Shown: positions 57,877-64,000 of the stretch, one piece after another
How positions within the stretch are numbered: the stretch's first letter is position 1
How the letters are laid out: each line of letters starts with the position of its first letter
Source: Podarcis filfolensis
Taxonomy: Eukaryota
Length of the DNA: 64,000 nt
NCBI GenBank assembly: GCA_964270895.1
Contig: OZ185436.1
Strand: one strand, 5' to 3'
The notes under the pieces: generated by a model
The model's database searches: none
What the model was told of the DNA's origin: nothing
Seen by the model: the letters and a program-made list of their open reading frames with translations, nothing else
Position numbers and translations under genes: made by a program

Positions 57877-60800
57877 CAGTGACTCTAAGGATAGGTCAGC
57901 TTGTTATCATCGAAACAGTTTTAACCACTTTCCCCCACAATTTTTTGATTAATAGATATGTCCACCACTTATGCTTCATGACTGCCCTTAGCATATATAG
58001 ATTGCCATGTTGGTCCATGGGGTGGGGGGAGGCCAAATATTGCAGTATAGCAGCTCATTTATTAGAACCCACCAAAAGGTCATGAGCAAGCTTTTGAGTT
58101 CTCCAGAACTCTACATCAGCCTGGATTTTAAACAAAACGAGGAGTAGGGGAGAAAAAGCTGGACACGATATTCTCGCTCCAAAATCTGCAGTTTGTGTAA
58201 CAGTCTTAAAATGGAATTCAGGAAGAGCTGTGCAGAAATAATTGGATTAGGCATACAAAGAGCAAGACACATTCCAGGATGCACCCAGGGCTACTTGGGA
58301 TAAGTAAGCAATAATGGCCACTTCCACATTTTTAAAAAACAGAACACCACACCAAGTAGTTACCCAGTTTTGTCTCTAGATAACTACAAATCTATTATGT
58401 GCAATCCTAACCATGTCTATTCAAAAGTCATATTGAATTCAGTCAGGCTTACACAAAGTAACTACCTGCATACCTGTAGGGACATCTCCATCCCCAACGT
58501 TCAGCCTGAACATTGAGGTCCAGCTCTGAGGGCCTTCTGGCAGTTCCTTCACTGCGAGAAGTGAAGTTACAGGGAACCAGGTAAAGGGCCTTTTCGGTGG
58601 TGGAGCCCGCCCAGTTGAATGCCCTCCTGCCAGATGTCAAAGAGATAAACAACTATATGACTTTCCGAAGGCATCTGAAGGCAGCCCTGTATCGAGAAGC
58701 TTTTAATGTTTGATGTTTTGCTGTGTTTTTATGATGTCAGAAGCCTCCCAGAGTGACTGAGGCAACCCAGCCAGCTGGGCGGGATATAAGTATTAAAATC
58801 ATTATTTTTATTATTATTATTATCATCAACATCATCAAATCGAGTTAGGATTGCCGATTGTTCTACTAGAAGTTATATTGTCTGTTGCAAACTGCAACCT
58901 GTGACTTTTCCCTCCAACCCCGCCTCCAGTTTTGTTTTAATAACCAACATGTTGAAGAACTCAAAAGGTTTGCTTATTACTTTGTGATTTTTTGTTTCAT
59001 TCTAATGAAGTGTTACCATATTGTGACTTTTGGAAAATGTTGTGTTATTTATTCGTTTTCTTCTGTTTCTACCCTGCTTTGTTGCCAAAACCTCTGGGTG
59101 GCTTACCACAGTATAACAAGCCAGAGAATTAAACACGAAAAGCTGAAGCATAAAAACAAAAACAATACAAGCATGTGTAATGTGCTTGTTTACATCACTG
59201 AGGTTGAAACAGGCTTGTGTGGAATTACAGTCAAGGAATATGGAAACGAGGACTCTCCCATGCTTCCTGGGTCCCCTGAACCATCACAATTTCATTGCTC
59301 AGATGTGTTTTGGTTAAGTTTTGTAACTTGGATCTGCTGACTCACAGTGCTGAGATCACAGGGAAATTTCACACGCAAAGACCAGGAAATAAGTCCCACA
59401 TCCTTTCCAGTTACTTCCCTGCCTACTTTCTCTTACTGGAGGGAAGCAGGCTTCATCTTAGCCATACTCATACTGTCTACTAGTTTGAACAGAAGAGAGC
59501 TTGGAGCAGGGACCTGACCACTCAAATAATATAAAGCACTGAGTGCAGATGTTCCTATATATAGAATACTGTAATGAAATTAGTTTCACTCCTGGCTTGA
59601 GGATGCTGTGCATTTGACCCTTAAGATTGCCTGTTCCACTGATCCAGAGACAACCAGTTTATTTGTTGCTGCTGCTGTTTTAAACCTTCTTGGGCTTCTG
59701 CTTTTGCAATACTTCGCAGCAAGAAGCAGCACAAGTATCTTCAATCAGAGTTTGCTCACTTTTCATTTCTGTTTCACTCCCCGCTTCCCCAAGGGCATGA
59801 GGTAACAACATTTTGAGGGAAACACAACATGTTTTCCAGTTAAATAAATTAAATGGATCTCATCCTTCAGCTTTGTTTGTTAAATCCAGCACAAGCAGAA
59901 AAGGTATTTAGGCTTTGTCCTTTCATGTTTGTCTAGAGAAGAGTTCCCCAACTGACACACACAGCTCCTCTCTAAGATGTGCCCTTGATGTTTGAACCTG
60001 GTGTACAGACGCACTTGGCTGACATTTAAAGGCCATGCCTGAAGAAATTAGAAAAGGCAGGCCTCTGAGATATACAGAGCCCAAGCCATTAAGGGATTTA
60101 TTCACCAGTACAAGCACTCTGAATTGTTATCAGACAGTAAAGGAGCCAATACATATGCTTAAGCACTGGAGCAAGATGCTCTTCACAGCTCATCCCTCTC
60201 AATAAACAAGCTTTTGCAGTATAACAATGAAGATTTCAGCAGCCTTCAAGGACTGCTCCCATTTGCAGCATCAGACCAACTCTGGAATGGGCAAAGCCAC
60301 AATTAAGGAGAATGTTCCCTATAAATTGATGCAGAGTGCCTTTCCTTCTCCACTGAACTGAAGCTCAGTTAAGCAAAATCTGATAATATCCAATTCAGTG
60401 GGCAAGATTGGATTGATTCCTGGGGGAATTAATCGGTACACAGTATGATCAAAATACAGGTCAAATGCAAGTGTGGATGTGCCCGTAGCACACAATTCCC
60501 ACAACTTTGGCCCTGATATTAGAGAGCAGGACTTTCAGGCTAGAGAAGGTGGGAGCTTCCCAACATTGCTCTACATGCTGAGCCAAGCTTGACTCAAGCA
60601 GCCACCATGCCAAACAGGAGTCCCTGGCCTGTTCCTGTTAGGCACAGAAAGGGCTCTCTACACTTACCTTTCCCTGCTCTTTCCAGGCACTGCCCCTGCT
60701 TTAAAACTCTGGGTCCGAGGATCCTTTTCGCCCCTCCAAAGCTTTCCTTGTGAAAACCTGTTCTTTAAAGCTGAATTGGAGCAAACAGCAATCTGTGGAA

Positions 60801-61119
60801 AACCCAACTGACATTTGATCTGATTGACTGCTAAAGAGCAGGTTTTTGCAGGGAAAGAGGTTAAAGTGCCTGTAAAGAGTGGGGTAAAAGGTAAGCATGG
60901 ATAAATACTAGGGCAGCAATCACAGGTGGAGTTGGACAGCATGTTTGTGTGTGTCCTTAGGGGTTGCTTTTATCTCTCAAGGAAAAACACTTTCCACATA
61001 TAACTGGGTCATAAAGTAAAAACTGAAGGTGGGTGGGAGAGATGGTCCTTTCGAGTTCTGTGATTCTATGCAATTAAAACAAGGCACTTCTCCGCAGCCG
61101 CAGCCGGGAGACATAGAAC

Positions 61120-62010
61120 CATCTCGACTCTCTCCCTCCCCGCAAATAAACCCGGGAAAGGAACAGACGAGCGCGACGAGGATTTAAGCGGCTGAGGGAC
61201 AGACTACGCCCCCTCGCGAGGAGGGCGAGTTGCCAATCCCGGCGCATGCGCGGCGGCAGGGCTCTTGTGGAGCGGCGGCGAAGGGAGGGGGGTTGCCGCG
61301 GGAGAGGCGTCTTCGGGTGCGCGTGCGCGGTGGTGCCCCTTTGCTTTCGACTATATAGGCGGCGGCGGCCGGAGCTGGGTTGACACTGAGCGGAAAGAGC
61401 TGGAAGGCGAGGGTTGGAGGGACGCTAATTGACGGGTAAGGGACCGGGGGGGGCGGGGAGGGAGGCGGATAGGATGGCGGCGGGGGGCGCGTGAGGGAAG
61501 GAGGCCCGGTTTCCTTCGAAAGCGGCGCTTATCCCTCGCTTGCTCGTGTCCGAGGCGGCGGCGGCCCAGCCGGCACCTCTTCGCTCCTGACCTTGTCCGG
61601 CCTCGGATGGACGGAGCTGTCCGGGGCGGGGGGAGCGGGTGTCCGCTCGGGGCGCCCTTGGCCGCCGAGTCTGGGCGAGACGCGGAGGGGCTTCTTCACC
61701 TACAAAGCACGGATGCTGCCCGTAGGCGAAAGGGGCCGGGAGGGAGGTCTTCGTCCCCAGGAGGGGAGAGGGAAAGCGGGGGGTGGTCTTCCTCCTCCTC
61801 CTCCACGCCCCGATCCCTCTGTGCCCATCGCTTCGTTTCCACCGTGCGCCAGGGGAGACACGGCCCTCCTTCACTGGCAGGCTTGCGATCGGCCACAGAG
61901 GAGTCTTCACTTCGGTCCCCCGCAAAAGAATCCGAGAAGAGGAGGAAGAAGTGGCCGGGTTGGGGCGATCTCGTTCAGTCCTCGGGGATGGAGCCTCCCT
62001 AGATCTGCCC
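61120..62010 (+). promoter_or_regulatory. ALAS1: ALAS1 CpG-island promoter
   Basis: CCAAT 61233-37, GCGCATGCGC 61242-51 and TGCGCGTGCGC 61318-28 (NRF-1-type), TATATA 61352-57. TATA plus NRF-1 sites are known features of vertebrate ALAS1 promoters. Confidence 0.85.
61380..61435 (+). other. ALAS1: ALAS1 non-coding exon 1 (start approximate)
   Basis: Begins ~25-30 nt after the TATA box and ends at the CGG|GTAAGG donor; no ATG. TSS inferred. Confidence 0.7.
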
Positions 62011-62893
62011 GTGTCAGTTGTCTTAGGAGACTTAGATGGGGTTTCCGACAAGTTCCGCGTCCTCTCCACAAACGTCCCTCACTCACACCAATAAGTTTCC
62101 CTGGTTTTTAAACGCCTTGCAAACAGAAGTGTTGGCGGGGTGGGGCGAGGTCTTGCAGGTTAGCGAGTTCATTGTGGCATATTCTTAGGCGGGCTAAAGC
62201 TCGCTTCACTGAACCCATGAAATATTGCCTGTCCAGATACTGGCATCTAGCGTTATCTGTCATTTTGGGCAAGCACTCAAGGCTGGCTGTAGTCCACAAT
62301 GTGCTATGCCGCAATAAGTCTTTGTAAGTTTTAACATGCTGCAAGACTCTTTGCACACAACGTTGCAACAGATCCGTAGGCTACCCTTCTGGAACTGGTG
62401 AGTCAAGATTCTTTGGACTGCCTATCCTCCCAGTTTTTCTTTCCTCCTTTTGTCAGTCAAGGGGTCATATGTGAAATTATCCACTGCTGAATTACTATGC
62501 CAGTGGTTCAGGTATTTTGGCCTGTAGCTCAATGCGTGTGCAGCTATTTAATCTTTGGTGGCGCTATGTTTTTGTTTTCTGTTGTTTGCTTTTGCTTAAA
62601 GGTTGCTTCATGCATTGTAAACATCTTGAACTGGAGGGCTGTCCTTTGTAGGACTGAACCTGCAACTGTGTGTGTAGATCGTAATATGTTACAATCTTGA
62701 GTGCATCTAAAAGCTGCAAGCACATCCAAAAGTCAGTAACCTATGTATGCTGGTCATCTATATGTTTGTCATATGTGAAGTGACCCCAGTAGTTCTTGAA
62801 GTCTTGTATACAGACTGTCTCTTTGCATCTTTGTATGAGGTTAAACTACTTTGTTTTGTTATTTTCAGCAAGACTTTTGAAAACTCTTGAAAA

Positions 62894-63092
62894 ATGGAAG
62901 CTGTTGTTCGCCGCTGCCCATTCCTGTCAAGGGTATCCCAGGCTTTCCTGCAAAAGGCTGGCAAATCCCTTCTTTTCTATGCCCAAAACTGCCCTAAAAT
63001 GATGGAAGTTGCGACTAAGCCTGCTTCACGTGCCCTGAGTACTTCATCTGCTCACTGTCAGCAAACTGAAGAAACCACTTCTACTAGTGAGA
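62894..63092 (+). CDS. ALAS1: ALAS1 first coding exon (199 coding nt; mitochondrial presequence with two heme-regulatory CP motifs)
   Basis: Acceptor ttattttcag ends at 62868; [38 protein letters not shown] matches the ALAS1 N-terminus (C8-P9, C33-P34); phase-1 donor GAGA|GTAAGG. Confidence 0.97.
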
Positions 63093-63947
63093 GTAAGGCT
63101 CAACTTTGCGATTTTGCTATTTAATACTGCATAACTTGAAACTTTCTTGAAATGTTGTCCTTACTAAATTGAAATACAGCAGTGAGCATACTTCTGAAAT
63201 CCAATGGAGTTGCAATACCATTGGCCTGATCTTATTCATCCACAAGAGTTTTTGCAAAATACTGATAGTTAAACCTCCTAGAATTGCCTGCTTGTTTGTT
63301 CAGCAATTTAATTTATTCTACAGTACTCTGAAACTTAGGGTGAGATCTAGTAATGGCAGCCTGTGAGTGCAACAGCCATACAATTGGGGAAGGTGGGGGG
63401 ACATTCTTAATGTAGTGCAATGGCCAAATCCAGTGAGTGGGCAGCTTAGGGCAATAGAAATGTCAAACAGAATTAACCTGTGATATCCTGTTTTATACTG
63501 TTATACTACTTCTGCATGAGTAGCAAATAGCTTGCACAACAGTGCCAACTCTCCTTGATATGGGATCTTGCCCATAGTGATTATAATAGAAGTGATGCAT
63601 TACATTTTAAAATTAACTTTTTATTGGCAGTATGTTTGTAAATGGTTTATTATTTCAAGGCAATATGATGTTAGCCAAGTTCACTTTTGAGAAAGTGGTA
63701 GGCTGACTGAACTTTGAACGTCCTTTTCCCAGTTACAGAGGCCAGAGTATATTGTAACTCGCTCTCTGTACAATCTAAGAACAAGGGTGAAGAACAGTAT
63801 AAAAATTATTGCATACGGTGGATGACACTGATGAAGCTTTTGCAGGGCAACCTTCCAGGGCCCACATGCCAGCAGTAGGGGGGGGGCAGAGACAGAACTG
63901 GGCAAAGCAACAACTGGAAATGTTACCTTTGAACAGTACCCTAGTTT

Positions 63948-63948
<1 letters not shown>

Positions 63949-63982
<34 letters not shown>
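63949..63982. repeat. (CA)n microsatellite in ALAS1 intron
   Basis: Direct reading. Confidence 0.95.
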
Positions 63983-63985
<3 letters not shown>

Positions 63986-64000
63986 TCTAGGCAAGCAAAA

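Noticed and set aside
58885-59340. 151-aa + ORF upstream of ALAS1
   Set aside because: TTG start, T-rich compositional bias, no splice context or recognisable domain.
40000-60000. Drug-responsive DR4/DR5 nuclear-receptor enhancers known far upstream of chicken and mammalian ALAS1
   Set aside because: By eye I found only imperfect spaced half-sites, such as AGGTCA-gtcca-ATGTCA at 52756-72, which is within chance. A PWM scan plus conservation would be needed.
22500-61100. TLR9 or another intact known gene in the intergenic interval
   Set aside because: No LRR/TIR motifs or chain of open, phase-matched exons was found; in mammals TLR9 lies on the other side of ALAS1.
61425-62111. 214-aa (-), 206-aa (+) and other ORFs in ALAS1 intron 1
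   Set aside because: They lie in a CpG island where stops are rare; low-complexity G/P/R/A peptides overlap on both strands with no domain.
62108-62368. 86-aa - strand ORF in ALAS1 intron 1
   Set aside because: Resembles a decayed LINE C-terminal region (QYFMGSVKRALARLR), not a host gene; too weak to list as a feature.

Overview
Vertebrate genomic DNA, most likely a lacertid lizard, judged from Sauria/Squam1-type and Squam3-type SINEs and squamate Bov-B, L2 and L1 copies. The window holds two head-to-head genes. On the - strand are coding exons 1-9 of POC1A (22199 to 2115, 345 codons), with the last two exons lying beyond the left edge. On the + strand are the CpG-island promoter, non-coding exon 1 and first coding exon of ALAS1 (ATG at 62894). 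The ~39 kb between them is TE-rich and contains no gene I can identify. Best-supported oddities: an in-frame 54-nt tandem duplication in POC1A exon 9, a GC-AG intron, a young ORF-less 1.7-kb L1-like element with a 16-bp TSD, a solo LTR filled by a 170-codon ORF nested in a MITE, and CNC-sMaf (BACH1/NRF2-type) and FOXO motifs ~2 kb upstream of ALAS1. More speculative: an orphan CpG promoter-like patch, a degenerate hammerhead-like motif in a Penelope terminus, and exon-like near-open frames that could be a decayed gene. All repeat-family names are from recall, not database searches.
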